DNA of 45,970 nt, taken from contig CAXXXF010000009.1 of assembly GCA_963667175.2 (NCBI GenBank), forward strand, positions 1 through 45,970, written 5' to 3'. The notes beneath the pieces were generated by a model that saw only the letters and a program-made list of their open reading frames with translations, was not told the origin of the DNA and ran no database searches. The translations under genes and the position numbers were made by a program. This document shows positions 19,771 through 30,294 of the stretch, piece by piece. Numbering within the stretch: position 1 is the stretch's first letter; each line of letters begins with the position of its first letter. The DNA is from Candidatus Latescibacterota bacterium (GTDB lineage Bacteria; Latescibacterota; UBA2968; GCA-2709665).

Positions 19771-22392
19771 TCACCTTCCCAATTGTGCCCGAACAATGCC
19801 GGGAACCCGGGCGAGCGCTTCGGGCATCTTCTCCGGATGCCTGCCACCCGCCTGCGCGAGGTGGGGACGTCCGCCGCCGCCGCCGCCCACAAGTACAGCC
19901 ACCGCCTTGACGATGGGTCCCGCCTGCACGCCCCGCCGGATGAGGTCGTCCGTCACCACCGCGATCAGGGAGGCCTTTCCGTTCAACGCCGCGCCCAGCA
20001 CGCCCACGCCGGAGCCCAGGGTTTCCCGAAGCCGGTCGCCCATTTCCCGGAACGCCTCCACGTCCGCCGGCTGGACGGCGGTCGCCACCACCCGAACCCC
20101 GTCCACGTCGATGGCTTCGACGGCCAGGTCGCGCATCCGCTCCCCCGCGGATGCGCGGCGCAGGGATTGAACCGTCCGTTCGAGCTCCCGATTTCTGGAC
20201 ATCAACCGATTGACCCGATCGGGCAGCGCGTGGGCCTCCACGCCCATCAGACCCTTCAGAACGGTTAGGGTGGACCGTTGCTTTTCGATGAGCGCTTCAA
20301 CGCCCGCCGCGGTGACAGCCTCCACCCTCCGGACGCCGGACGCCGTGCCCGTCTCGGCCGTCAGCTGGAGCATGCCGATCTGACCCGTGGAACCCACGTG
20401 GGTGCCCCCGCAAAGTTCCAGGCTGAAGTCCCCGACGCGCACCGTCCGTACGACGTCGCCGTATTTTTCGGAAAACAGCATGCGGGCGCCCATCCGACGG
20501 GCCTCCTTCAGGCCGACCATTTCGGATTCCACGGCGAGGTCGCGGCGAATGACCCGATTCACGAGTTGCGCGATCTGCTCCTGCTGATCGGGTGAAACGG
20601 CTTCGAAGTGATTGAAGTCGAAACGCAGCCGGCCCGGCGCCACCAGCGAACCGGCCTGATTCACGTGGTCGCCGAGCACCTGGCGAAGGGCTTCGTGAAG
20701 CAGGTGGGTGGCCGTATGATTGCGGGCTGTATCCGTCCGGCGCCCGACGTCGACTCGCGCCTCCACACGGACGCGTTCCAGCGTGTCGGCGCATCCCCGC
20801 GACAGACGCCCCCGATGCACAATGCCCTCACCCGACCGGAACGTCTCCTCGACCCGGACCTCCACGTCCCCGTTCCCGATGAGCCCCTGATCGCCTACCT
20901 GCCCACCCGCTTCGGCGTAGAACGGCGTCTCCTGCAGATAGACGTCCACCCGCCCGTCCGCTCCGGATTTCCACGCCACGACGCGGGTATCCAGCGCAAG
21001 ACGCTCGTACCCCAGAAACACGGAATGTTCCTTGGGAAGGAAATCGTCTGAAACCGCCTCCTGAGACGCGAAGACCCGGCGCCCCGCCTCCCGTGAGCGC
21101 GCCTGCTGGGCCGCCATCTCCCTTTCGAACCCTTGCAGGTCCACCGCCAGACCGCGCTCCGCGCCCATCAGCTGAGTGAGGTCGATCGGAAAACCGTAGG
21201 TGTCGTACAGGCGAAACGCGTCCCGGCCGGATATTCTCCCCTCCCGGGAGACGACCTCGAACATCTCCAGCCCGCGGTCGAGCGTTTTCCCGAACCCTTC
21301 TTCCTCGGACCGGATGACCCTGGATATATGCCCGGCCTGTTCCGCCACCTCGGGAAAAACGTCCCCCATGACCCGTACGACGACGGGCACCAGCCCGTGA
21401 ATGAACGGATCGTGCATCCCCAGCGTGCGCCCGTATCGCGCCGCGCGCCTCAGAATCCGCCGGAGCACGTACCCGCGTCCCTCGCTGGAGGGCAGCACGC
21501 CGTCCGCGACGGCGAAACAGAGGGTGCGGACATGGTCGGCGATGACCCGCATGGCCACGCGGTTTTCGTCGTTGTACGGTTTCCCGGTGATCTCGCCGAT
21601 CGCGGCAAGAATGGGCTGGAACAGATCGGTATCGTACGTGGATTCCACGCCCTGCAGCACGGTGCAGATGCGCTCGAATCCCATTCCGGTATCCACGTGC
21701 TTATCGGGCAGCGGATGCAGCGCGCCGTCGGCGTCTCGGTTGAACTGGATGAAGACCAGATTCCAGATTTCAACCGAATCCGGCCCGTCCAGGTCCGGGC
21801 CCTCCCGGTACCACGACGCGGGATCGTCTCCGAGATAGTAGTGCACCTCCGAGCACGGGCCGCACGGACCGGTCTCGCCCATCTGCCAGAAGTTATCGGT
21901 CTTGTCCAGCCGAAACACCCGTTCCGCCGGGAGGTCCGTCATTTCCACCCACAGGGCTTCCGCCTCCTCGTCCGCCGCCAGCCCGTCTGCGTCGTCTCCG
22001 CCGAATACCGTGGCGCAGAGCCGTTCCCTGGGCAACTGCCAGACCTCGGTCAGCAATTCCCACGCCCACGCGATGGCCTCCCGCTTGAAATAGTCTCCGA
22101 ACGACCAGTTGCCCAGCATTTCGAAAAACGTATGATGCTGAGAACTGAAGCCCACCTCCTCCAGGTCGTTGTGGCGCCCCGAGACCCGAATGCATTTCTG
22201 CGTATCCACCGCCCGGCTGTACTCCCGCCGGCCGGTTCCCAGAAACACGTCCTTGAACTGATTCATCCCCGCATTGGTAAACAGCAGGGTGGCATCGTCC
22301 TGTGACGCCACTGGCGCGCTCGGCACGATCCTGTGACCTCTGGCCTCGAAAAACCGAAGATAATCCGCGCGAATGTCGGTTGAAGTTCTCAT
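19771..22392 (-). CDS. alaS: Alanine--tRNA ligase
   Basis: LLFTNAGMNQFK, HHTFFEMLGNWSFGDYFK, HTATHLL, ELCGGTH, GGGGGR. Confidence 0.98.
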   Translation of the reverse strand: MRTSTDIRADYLRFFEARGHRIVPSAPVASQDDATLLFTNAGMNQFKDVFLGTGRREYSRAVDTQKCIRVSGRHNDLEEVGFSSQHHTFFEMLGNWSFGDYFKREAIAWAWELLTEVWQLPRERLCATVFGGDDADGLAADEEAEALWVEMTDLPAERVFRLDKTDNFWQMGETGPCGPCSEVHYYLGDDPASWYREGPDLDGPDSVEIWNLVFIQFNRDADGALHPLPDKHVDTGMGFERICTVLQGVESTYDTDLFQPILAAIGEITGKPYNDENRVAMRVIADHVRTLCFAVADGVLPSSEGRGYVLRRILRRAARYGRTLGMHDPFIHGLVPVVVRVMGDVFPEVAEQAGHISRVIRSEEEGFGKTLDRGLEMFEVVSREGRISGRDAFRLYDTYGFPIDLTQLMGAERGLAVDLQGFEREMAAQQARSREAGRRVFASQEAVSDDFLPKEHSVFLGYERLALDTRVVAWKSGADGRVDVYLQETPFYAEAGGQVGDQGLIGNGDVEVRVEETFRSGEGIVHRGRLSRGCADTLERVRVEARVDVGRRTDTARNHTATHLLHEALRQVLGDHVNQAGSLVAPGRLRFDFNHFEAVSPDQQEQIAQLVNRVIRRDLAVESEMVGLKEARRMGARMLFSEKYGDVVRTVRVGDFSLELCGGTHVGSTGQIGMLQLTAETGTASGVRRVEAVTAAGVEALIEKQRSTLTVLKGLMGVEAHALPDRVNRLMSRNRELERTVQSLRRASAGERMRDLAVEAIDVDGVRVVATAVQPADVEAFREMGDRLRETLGSGVGVLGAALNGKASLIAVVTDDLIRRGVQAGPIVKAVAVLVGGGGGGRPHLAQAGGRHPEKMPEALARVPGIVRAQLGR

Positions 22393-22445
22393 GATTCGAA
22401 ACCGCGATGGCTCGGGCGCACGGGAATCAAGGCGTCGATTCCGGC

Positions 22446-22976
22446 TTACGCCTCCGGTGCGCCGTCGCGTCCGCTTTCGCTGAATTCAAGCCAGGCCCGC
22501 TGCGCCGCCGCCTGTGCCACGTCCCCGAATCCGCGACGCCCCAGGAACCCGTACATTCTCGAGAGCGCCTTCCGCCTGTCGACGCCGTCGTATTGCCGGC
22601 GGCGCGACCTCAGCAGCTCCAATGCGACGGCTTCCGGATCTACGTTGGCGAACGCCTCATCCAGCACCTCATCGGCCGTCGCGGCGGCGATGCCCTTTTT
22701 CATCAGATCGTGCCGGAGCAGGGCAGGGCCCGAGGGTCGAAGACGCATGCGTTCCTGAACGAAGCGGAGGGCAAAATCCCGGTCATCGACCAACCGGAGC
22801 CGGCGCAAACCCTCAAGGGTCTGCTCGATCACCGACTCGCCAAACCCTCGCCGGCGCAGCCTCTCTTTTACTTCCGCACGCGAGTACGCCCGCGCGCTCA
22901 GCAGTCGAAACGCCGCGTTCTTCGCCTTTTCGACCTCCATCTGTCGATCCGACGGCGAACGGGAATCCGGTTTCAT
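22446..22976 (-). CDS. recX: Regulatory protein RecX (start uncertain)
   Basis: RLLSARAYSRAEVKERL, DDRDFA, FLGRRGF; directly downstream of recA. Confidence 0.9.
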   Translation of the reverse strand: MKPDSRSPSDRQMEVEKAKNAAFRLLSARAYSRAEVKERLRRRGFGESVIEQTLEGLRRLRLVDDRDFALRFVQERMRLRPSGPALLRHDLMKKGIAAATADEVLDEAFANVDPEAVALELLRSRRRQYDGVDRRKALSRMYGFLGRRGFGDVAQAAAQRAWLEFSESGRDGAPEA

Positions 22977-23066
22977 CCGCGGCGCCTCGATGACTCGATC
23001 TCCTGTCTCCCGGCCTGACAGTCCGTTGGAAGAGACCATCCGGGCGCGTGCGCTGCCCGACCCGGT

Positions 23067-24107
23067 TCAGCCGTTGCCGCTCGCCGCCGCCGCCCCGTTA
23101 TCCGCCAGGCCCACGGCCTCGCGCACGCGGGTCTCGATCTCCGCTGCGAGCGCCGGATGTTCCTTCAAATGGTTCTTGACGTTCTCCCGCCCCTGACCCA
23201 GGCGGTCGTTGCCGTAGGAAAACCAGGTGCCGCTCTTGTTCACGATGCCGTGGAGTTCGGCAATATCCAGAAGACTGCCCTCTTTCGAGATGCCCTCTCC
23301 GAACATCAGATCGAACTCCGCCTCCTTGAACGGCGCGGCCATCTTGTTCTTGACGACACGGACGCGGACCCGGTTGCCCGTTACTTCCTGGCCGTCCTTG
23401 ATGGCGCCGATCCGACGGATGTCCATCCGCACCGACGCGTAGAACTTGAGCGCGTTTCCGCCCGAGGTCGTTTCGGGATTGCCGAACATCACGCCGATCT
23501 TCATCCGGATCTGGTTGGTGAACATCACACACGTCTTGGACCTGCTGATCGAGCCCGAGAGCTTTCGCAGCGCCTGGGACATCAGCCGCGCCTGCAATCC
23601 CACGTGGGAATCGCCCATGTCTCCCTCGAGCTCCGCGCGGGGCACAAGCGCCGCGACCGAGTCCACCACCACCACGTCGAATCCGCCGCTGCGCACGAGC
23701 GTGTCGGTGATTTCAAGGGCCTCTTCCCCGGTATCCGGCTGGGAAATGAGCAGGTTTTCCAGATCGACTCCGATCCGCTCGGCGAGCTCGACGTTGAGCG
23801 CGTGTTCCGCGTCGACAAACGCGCACGTCCCGCCGGTCCGCTGCGCCTCCGCGATGACGTGCAGGGTCAGCGTGGTCTTTCCGGATCCCTCCGGGCCGTA
23901 AATCTCGACGACGCGGCCCCGCGGTACGCCGCCCGCGCCGAGGGCGACGTCCAGCGCGAGCGCACCGGTCGGAATCACTTCGACTGCCACCTGTCCGTTC
24001 TCCTCGCCGCCCAGCCGCATGATGGAACCCTGGCCGAACTGCTTTTCGATTTGCGAGATGGCCAGATCGATGGCCTTCTCCTTGCCGGCGCCATTCCGTT
24101 TCGACAT
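23067..24107 (-). CDS. recA: Recombinase A
   Basis: [48 protein letters not shown]. Confidence 0.99.
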   Translation of the reverse strand: MSKRNGAGKEKAIDLAISQIEKQFGQGSIMRLGGEENGQVAVEVIPTGALALDVALGAGGVPRGRVVEIYGPEGSGKTTLTLHVIAEAQRTGGTCAFVDAEHALNVELAERIGVDLENLLISQPDTGEEALEITDTLVRSGGFDVVVVDSVAALVPRAELEGDMGDSHVGLQARLMSQALRKLSGSISRSKTCVMFTNQIRMKIGVMFGNPETTSGGNALKFYASVRMDIRRIGAIKDGQEVTGNRVRVRVVKNKMAAPFKEAEFDLMFGEGISKEGSLLDIAELHGIVNKSGTWFSYGNDRLGQGRENVKNHLKEHPALAAEIETRVREAVGLADNGAAAASGNG

Positions 24108-24342
24108 CTCGTTGCCCCTCCTGACTGGATTTGCCCGTTGGATCACGGCGCAGCCCACGGCCTGTGAGGAGCCCGATTCCCTGCGCCGAAACACATGCGA
24201 ACGCCAATTATGATGAACACCCGTCCATGAATCGATGCCGGATGGCGCGTGAAATTCCCCGGAAGGACCGGAGAAGCCACGCGGTGTTCCGTCCCGGAAT
24301 GGGGTGGCCCGAACATGGGACGGAACACACGATACAAGAATT

Positions 24343-24371
24343 AATATATCCGCAGTCGGATGAGAAGTCAA
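24343..24371 (-). promoter_or_regulatory. Sigma70-type promoter upstream of recA
   Basis: TTGACT-17 bp-TATATT. Confidence 0.7.
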
Positions 24372-24424
24372 GCCCTCCCCGGCTCGAAAAAGCCATCCGG
24401 ACGTCACGTTGGCTTTCGAACCGG

Positions 24425-24994
24425 TCAGCCCGACTTTCGCGACCCGGTAAGACGCGCGTGACCCAGCGTTTCATATTCGGCGAGTCCCGACCTCAAATCG
24501 CTGCTGTACAAGACGATACGGTCCACTCCGAAACGAACCGACCGGACCGCGCCTGCCAGTTCGCGGGGCAGGCGCACCGCGCCCTTTCTCGCGCGCCCAA
24601 GCGTCAGATGCGGATGGAACGGCCGCGTCTCCCTCCTGAACCCGATCCTGCAAATCGCGTCTTCCAGGTCGGCCCGGAGCCTGCCCAGAAGCGCGGTTTC
24701 CCCTCCCACGTCCAGCCATATCACCCTCGCCCGATCCGGGTTTGGCGCGCCCACGTGGGTGGTGTGCAACGACATAGGCGGCGTCCTACCGGCCGCCGTC
24801 CGCATGGACTCCAGGATGAGCGGCACCGAAGCGCATTCCACGTTACCCAGGAATTTGAGGGTGAGATGCATACCCTCCGGCCTCACCCACCTGACCCTCG
24901 CATCCAGGTCCGCAAAACATCTCCGGGCGGCCGCGCAGGCCGGGATCACCGCCCTTGGGAGTTCAACGGCAACAAATGTGCGCAACGTCGTCAT
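24425..24994 (-). CDS. thpR: RNA 2',3'-cyclic phosphodiesterase (2H family)
   Basis: Two HxT motifs: MHLTLKFLG and FHPHLTLGR. Confidence 0.92.
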   Translation of the reverse strand: MTTLRTFVAVELPRAVIPACAAARRCFADLDARVRWVRPEGMHLTLKFLGNVECASVPLILESMRTAAGRTPPMSLHTTHVGAPNPDRARVIWLDVGGETALLGRLRADLEDAICRIGFRRETRPFHPHLTLGRARKGAVRLPRELAGAVRSVRFGVDRIVLYSSDLRSGLAEYETLGHARLTGSRKSG

Positions 24995-25051
24995 CGATGC
25001 CCCGTCCCTGAACAGGGTACAGGTCGGGCAGTCTGTTACGGGGATGGTACG

Positions 25052-25513
25052 CTAACCGCTCCACAGGGCCAGGCCCGCCCGAATCAGAAGATTTCCGTAA
25101 ATCCCCGCGATCACGTCGTCAGTGACCACACCCCACCCTCCGGGCAGTTTTTCGGATGCCCTTGCGGGAGGCGGCTTCAGGACGTCCAACACGCGGAAAA
25201 TAAAAAATCCGGCAACCCCCATCCCTGGCGACAGCGGCAGGAAGGCTACCGTGAAATAGAATCCGGCAAACTCGTCGATGACCACCGGTCCGGGGTCCGG
25301 ACCCCAGGCCTTTTCTCCGGCGGAGGCGGTACGGACGGCCACCGCAACCGTCAGGACCAGAACAAGACACCAGGCAGGAAATCCAATCGCCGGCGCCAGG
25401 TAACAGGCCGCGAGGTACGGAACCATCGCCGCGGCCGTGCCCGCCGTGCCCGGCGCGACCGGGACGTATCCGGAGAAGAATCCCGTGGCGAGCACCCGGG
25501 TCCACAGATTCAA
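25052..25513 (-). CDS. pgpA: Phosphatidylglycerophosphatase A
   Basis: APGTAGT, DPGPVVIDEFAG, FRVLDVLKP, GVVTDDVIAG. Confidence 0.92.
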   Translation of the reverse strand: MNLWTRVLATGFFSGYVPVAPGTAGTAAAMVPYLAACYLAPAIGFPAWCLVLVLTVAVAVRTASAGEKAWGPDPGPVVIDEFAGFYFTVAFLPLSPGMGVAGFFIFRVLDVLKPPPARASEKLPGGWGVVTDDVIAGIYGNLLIRAGLALWSG

Positions 25514-25544
25514 ACCAGCGGCCTCCGATCCCCGGTTCAGGTTG

Positions 25545-26195
25545 TTAGCCCTGGTCCCGGCCGTGTTCCACCAGGTAGAGCACGCCCGACACGACCGCAA
25601 GCAGGGTAACCGCCGCCACAAGGACGTTGAGCACCATCTGCGAACCCGTATCCACCAGTACCAGAGGCTGAGAGGTCAACTCAGCGGTAATCACGCGCAC
25701 GTTGATGAAGACCAGGATGCCGAATGCCAGCACCAGTTGCAGCATGGTCTTCCATTTCGCCAGCCGGGACGTGACCACCGGACGCCCTTTGCGGATCGCG
25801 TACACCCGCAGGCTGGTAATCACGGCATCGCGGATCAGCATGGCGCCTACCAGCCAGGCCTCGACCATCCCCAAAAGCACGAAGGAAACGAGGGCCGAGG
25901 AAACCAGCAACTTGTCGGCAAGCGGATCCATGAACCGCCCGAGGCTGGTGACCGTTTTGTCGCGGCGGGCGAACCAGCCGTCGAAGAAATCGGTCAGCGA
26001 CGCCACGGTGAACACCAGCAACGCGAGGATCTTGTTGAATCCGCTGTCCGAAAAAATCAGCGCCAGAAAGACCGGTGTCAGGACAATCCTCAATCCGGTC
26101 AGGATGTTTGGAAACGTGACCATCCGGTCGGCGGGCTGCGGCTTCGGCAACCGGATCCCCTGCGGCCTGCCGCGAAGTGTATCGGTGCGGTTCAT
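25545..26195 (-). CDS. pgsA: CDP-diacylglycerol--glycerol-3-phosphate 3-phosphatidyltransferase
   Basis: PNILTGLRI, TDFFDGWFAR...GRFMDPLADK. Confidence 0.92.
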   Translation of the reverse strand: MNRTDTLRGRPQGIRLPKPQPADRMVTFPNILTGLRIVLTPVFLALIFSDSGFNKILALLVFTVASLTDFFDGWFARRDKTVTSLGRFMDPLADKLLVSSALVSFVLLGMVEAWLVGAMLIRDAVITSLRVYAIRKGRPVVTSRLAKWKTMLQLVLAFGILVFINVRVITAELTSQPLVLVDTGSQMVLNVLVAAVTLLAVVSGVLYLVEHGRDQG

Positions 26196-26785
26196 AGTTC
26201 TCTTCGTCCATCCAGGGCTCGGGCAAGCGTGACCTGGTCGGCCAGCGCGAGGTCGCTCCCAACGGGCAGCCCGCGGGCGATCTGCGTTACGGTCACGTCG
26301 TGCGCTTCCAGGATCTGCTTGAGGTACTGCGCGGTTGCGTCGCCCTCGACGGTGGGTCCGTTCGCCAGAATCACTTCCCGAATCCCGCCGCCGTTCAGCC
26401 GCGCCACAAGGGGTTGAATGTTCAGTTCGTCCGGTCCGATGCCGTCCAGGGGGGAGATCCGTCCTCCAAGGACGTGATAGAGGCCGGTATAGGCCCGCAT
26501 CCGTTCCAATGCCAGCAGGTCGCCGACGAAATCGACCACCATCACCTGCGACCGGTCCCGCCGCTCATCCTGGCATATGGGGCAGGGATCGCTCTCCGAC
26601 AGATTAAAACATGCGCCGCACGCCCGGACCCGGGTCTTCACCTCCACCATCAGTTCAGCCAGCGCGCGCACCTCTTCGGTCTTCCACGTGAGAACGTCCA
26701 GCGCGATCCGTCGCGCGGACTTTTCGCCGATCCCCGGCAGCCGTCCCAATCCGGCCGCCAGCCGGTCGATGGCATTGGACGCCAT
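26192..26785 (-). CDS. recR: Recombination protein RecR
   Basis: LPGIGEKSARR, C4 zinc finger, YHVLGGRISPLDG, Toprim region. Confidence 0.97.
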   Translation of the reverse strand: MASNAIDRLAAGLGRLPGIGEKSARRIALDVLTWKTEEVRALAELMVEVKTRVRACGACFNLSESDPCPICQDERRDRSQVMVVDFVGDLLALERMRAYTGLYHVLGGRISPLDGIGPDELNIQPLVARLNGGGIREVILANGPTVEGDATAQYLKQILEAHDVTVTQIARGLPVGSDLALADQVTLARALDGRREL

Positions 26786-26865
26786 CCTCACTCTCCTCGA
26801 ATGCGGTTACCGGGACTTTCCGTCTCTCTACCGGGGTTTTCCGCATTTCAAGCGATCGACACCTG

Positions 26866-27189
26866 CTATATGCCCAGGTCGACGCCCGGCGGCAACATCC
26901 CTGCCGTTGCCCTCTGCATTTCCCGGTCGGCCATCTCCTGCGCCTTTTCCCGGGCCTGCTGTATGGCGGCCATGATCAGGTCTTCCAGCATCTCCACGTC
27001 CTCGGGGTCCACCACTTCCGGGTCGATCCTGACCCCAACGATCTGCTGCTGCCCGTTGGCCCGCGCCACCACCATGCCGCCGCCCGCGGAGCCCTCCACC
27101 TCCCGGGACGCCAGTTCCTCCTGCACTTTCGCCAGTTTGGCCTGCAGCTTCTGGGCCTGCTTCATCATTCCCGCCATGCCCTTCGCCAT
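26866..27189 (-). CDS. ybaB: YbaB/EbfC nucleoid-associated protein
   Basis: MMKQAQKLQ, GSAGGGMV, EMLEDLIMAA; lies between dnaX and recR. Confidence 0.95.
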   Translation of the reverse strand: MAKGMAGMMKQAQKLQAKLAKVQEELASREVEGSAGGGMVVARANGQQQIVGVRIDPEVVDPEDVEMLEDLIMAAIQQAREKAQEMADREMQRATAGMLPPGVDLGI

Positions 27190-27202
27190 CGCGTCCTCCC
27201 CG

Positions 27203-28870
27203 TTACCGGCTTACGACTTCCCCGTCGAAAATTTCGAGTGCCATCTGGACGCGTTCGTCCGTCGCCGCCCGATCGTCCTGCGCCGCGCCGCCGTCTTCCA
27301 CCCGGTCGACGTCACAATCGACGCGAAGGGAAACGCCGAAAAAATCGCCCGTTGCTCCATCCAGAAACTCCCCGTTGCGCCGGACCTGTTCCGCGTGGAA
27401 CGAATTGCCCGACTTGAAGACGAGTTCCAGCCGGCGGTTGCTCAGTGTCGCCGGCGCGCCCTCCGCCAGAAACGTCCCCAGACTCACCTTCTCAGACTTC
27501 ACGTGCGCCACGAAGTCCGGCCACTTCTCCCGGACGGCCTCGATCGTCAATCCGTCGCCCCGGGACGGCTCGGGTTCGGCCTGAACCGGCGCGCCGGGAA
27601 CCTCCCGAGCCTCGGCTTCGGTAGGCGGCGTTTCACTGGAAACGTCGGACGACACGGGTGGGTCCGTCGGCCCCGGTTCGCCGCGCGGTTCGAGACGCGA
27701 CGTCGCGGGGGGCGCGGCCTTGCCTGTACGCAGCATGCCTTCGAGCCGGTCCAGCCGGGCCATCACCTCGTCGACGGCCTGGGACGGCGCCATTTTCACC
27801 AGCTTCATCACGGTCAGTTCCAGCCAGAACCGCGGATTCGAAACCCGGCCAAGCCGCGCTTCCAGGTCGGAAACCGCCTGTAACATCCGCAGGAGGTCTT
27901 CCTCCTGGAATCGCGCGCCCGCCTCGCTGTACCGCGTCTGGTCGGCCGGGGACAGATCGTCTCCGGCAAGGCCGTCGGACACGCGCGCCACCAGAAGATA
28001 ACGCACGTGTTCGAGCAGACCCTGGGTGAACTCGCCGGTATCGCCGCCGCCATCCAGGACGCGTTCCACCGCACGCAACGCGGATGCCCCGTCTGAATCG
28101 AGCGCGGCCTGCGTGAGTTCGAAGTAGACGTCGACGGGAATGACACCGAGCAGGTCCCTGACCGCCCCTGCGGAAACGGGTCCGTCCGTATACGCGATGG
28201 CCTGGTCGAGCAGATTCTCGGCGTCGCGAAGCGCGCCGTCGGCCTTTCGGGCCAGAAGAAAGAGCGCTTCGTCTTCCGCCGCGACCTCCTCGGCCTCAGT
28301 GATCTTCCGGAGCTGGCCGACGATGGCCTCGGTGGAAATCCGACGGAAGTTGTATCTCTGGCAGCGGGAAAGAATCGTCTCCGGCATCCGGTGCGGCTCG
28401 GTGGTTGCCAGCACGAACACCACGTGGGGCGGGGGTTCTTCCAGCGTTTTCAGGAGCGCGTTGAAGGCCTCCGCCGTGAGCATGTGAACTTCATCGATGA
28501 TATAGACCTTGCGCTTGCCTCTGGTCGCCGCAAAGCCAACCTCTTCCCGCAGCTGACGGATCTCATCGATGCCCCGGTTCGACGCGCCGTCGATTTCCAG
28601 GACGTCCATGCTCTTGTTGTCGGCGATCGCATTGCAAAGTCCGCAATTGCCGCACGGCTCCGGCGTGGGCCCCTGTTCGCAGTTGAACGCCTTGGCCAGC
28701 AACCGCGCCATTGTTGTCTTGCCGGTTCCCCGTGGGCCGCAGAACAGATAGGCCTGCACAACGCGGTCCGAACGGATGGCATTCTGCAGCGTCCGGACGA
28801 TGTGGTCCTGCGCCACCACGTCATGAAACACGTTGGGCCGCCACTTGCGGGCGATCACACGATAGGCCAT
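27203..28870 (-). CDS. dnaX: DNA polymerase III subunit gamma/tau
   Basis: ARKWRP, GPRGTGKT, EIDGASNRG, IIDEVHML, SRC motif. Confidence 0.97.
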   Translation of the reverse strand: MAYRVIARKWRPNVFHDVVAQDHIVRTLQNAIRSDRVVQAYLFCGPRGTGKTTMARLLAKAFNCEQGPTPEPCGNCGLCNAIADNKSMDVLEIDGASNRGIDEIRQLREEVGFAATRGKRKVYIIDEVHMLTAEAFNALLKTLEEPPPHVVFVLATTEPHRMPETILSRCQRYNFRRISTEAIVGQLRKITEAEEVAAEDEALFLLARKADGALRDAENLLDQAIAYTDGPVSAGAVRDLLGVIPVDVYFELTQAALDSDGASALRAVERVLDGGGDTGEFTQGLLEHVRYLLVARVSDGLAGDDLSPADQTRYSEAGARFQEEDLLRMLQAVSDLEARLGRVSNPRFWLELTVMKLVKMAPSQAVDEVMARLDRLEGMLRTGKAAPPATSRLEPRGEPGPTDPPVSSDVSSETPPTEAEAREVPGAPVQAEPEPSRGDGLTIEAVREKWPDFVAHVKSEKVSLGTFLAEGAPATLSNRRLELVFKSGNSFHAEQVRRNGEFLDGATGDFFGVSLRVDCDVDRVEDGGAAQDDRAATDERVQMALEIFDGEVVSR

Positions 28871-28942
28871 AAGGGACAAGCCTCGCACCCATCCATCCGT
28901 CACGCACGAACAGGATAACACATCGGGAAGGGACGTAAAAAG

Positions 28943-29213
28943 GCCGTGCACCCCGCTTCGGCTCTCACGCCGGGGTCTTCGGAAAGCGCCAGCTCCCGCC
29001 AGGGGCTCCCGCGGCACACGGGCCGGGTTGCCTACCGCTGCTACCTTCCGGTCCTGACGGGGTTCGGCAATCGTCCGTTGCGCAGGACCTGGCGATCGAC
29101 ACCACGTTCTGACCGAAACACGTTCCGGTATGAAAAGCCTCAGACGGGGAATTCAACCCCGCTATAGCGGATTGCGGGCTACAGGGCGCCGCTACTCCCC
29201 CGTCTAGCACGAC
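28943..29213 (-). ncRNA. ffs: Large (Alu-domain) bacterial SRP RNA
   Basis: 5' GTCGTGCTAGACGGGGGAGTAGCGGCGCCCTGTAGCCCGCAATCCGC resembles Bacillus scRNA; S domain CCCCGTCAGGACCGGAAGGTAGCAGCGG; 3' GGGTGCACGGC; directly upstream of dnaX. Confidence 0.93.
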
Positions 29214-29280
29214 CTGAGTTCAGGTTCAGCAGCCGGTCTTGGAGCGGTGGGAGCCGCCGAGGGCAACCGGCTGCAATTTC

Positions 29281-29356
29281 TGGTGGAGCTGATGGGATTC
29301 GAACCCACGACCTCCAGAGTGCGATTCTGGCGCTCTCCCAGCTGAGCTACAGCCCC
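29281..29356 (-). tRNA. tRNA-Ala(CGC)
   Basis: GGGGCTG acceptor with G3:U70, anticodon CGC, TTCGAAT, encoded CCA; 76 nt. Confidence 0.96.
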
Positions 29357-29408
29357 ACGCAACGCTCACGACGCGCGAAGCACAATGCCGGAAAGGCATG
29401 TCCTCATT

Positions 29409-29786
29409 TTATGCTTCGCTTTTTTCAATTGATATCCCGTCTTCCCGGGAGGCTGCTTTCAGCGCCTCCACGCCGGAAAGCACGCGTCCGACGGGGTTTA
29501 CGGGACTGGCAGGCCGGATCTCGTCTCCCTGGCTGGCAGGGGTCGGGCCGTAGAAGATACAGAATGCCTTGCCTGGTGGCCAATAGGCGAGATCGCCCGC
29601 TTCCACGATTTCCTGAGGGTCCTCCGGATCGGCGGTGACGGGGACCTGAAAGTAGATCTCGTCGCCCCAGGTATTGAAGTCGCTACGGATCGGCAACTCA
29701 GCCAGGATTCTGGACGCGGTTTCGGAATCGTTCAACTCCGCGGCCAGTTCGATTTCCCCCACCGTGATCTTAATGGATTGCGCCAT
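29409..29786 (-). CDS. Cyclophilin-like fold protein (DUF369-like)
   Basis: WGDEIYF, GDLAYWPPGKAFCIFYGPTP. Confidence 0.85.
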   Translation of the reverse strand: MAQSIKITVGEIELAAELNDSETASRILAELPIRSDFNTWGDEIYFQVPVTADPEDPQEIVEAGDLAYWPPGKAFCIFYGPTPASQGDEIRPASPVNPVGRVLSGVEALKAASREDGISIEKSEA

Positions 29787-29926
29787 TGGCTTCTTCCATG
29801 GACAAACCCGACTCCACACATGGTCGGACAGGATGTAAAACGGAAGTCCGGAATGCCCGCTAATTCAAGCTTATAGCGCTATATCCGCCCACCCTTTACC
29901 GGAGAGTAGACGATGCGACAGGATTC

Positions 29927-30019
<93 letters not shown>

Positions 30020-30294
30020 ACAAAGCGGCTCGAGACCCGAGCAATCAAACAAAAACGCGTGTATCGAAGTCCCGCCCTCGATTTTGCCGTCGCGCAAATC
30101 CCAGGCGGTTCTCAACGGCCGGGACACGCCGTTCCCTACAAATATTAAGATACAATAATCCACGGATATCCGCAACATTTTCGGTATCAATCAGGATTGC
30201 CCTGTTTAGTGTAGAGGGAGCCTCGGATTCTGACTTCGTCGTCCTACCTTTCTTGATCCGTATCACAGTTTTCGCTAAATTGCGAAGGCATACC

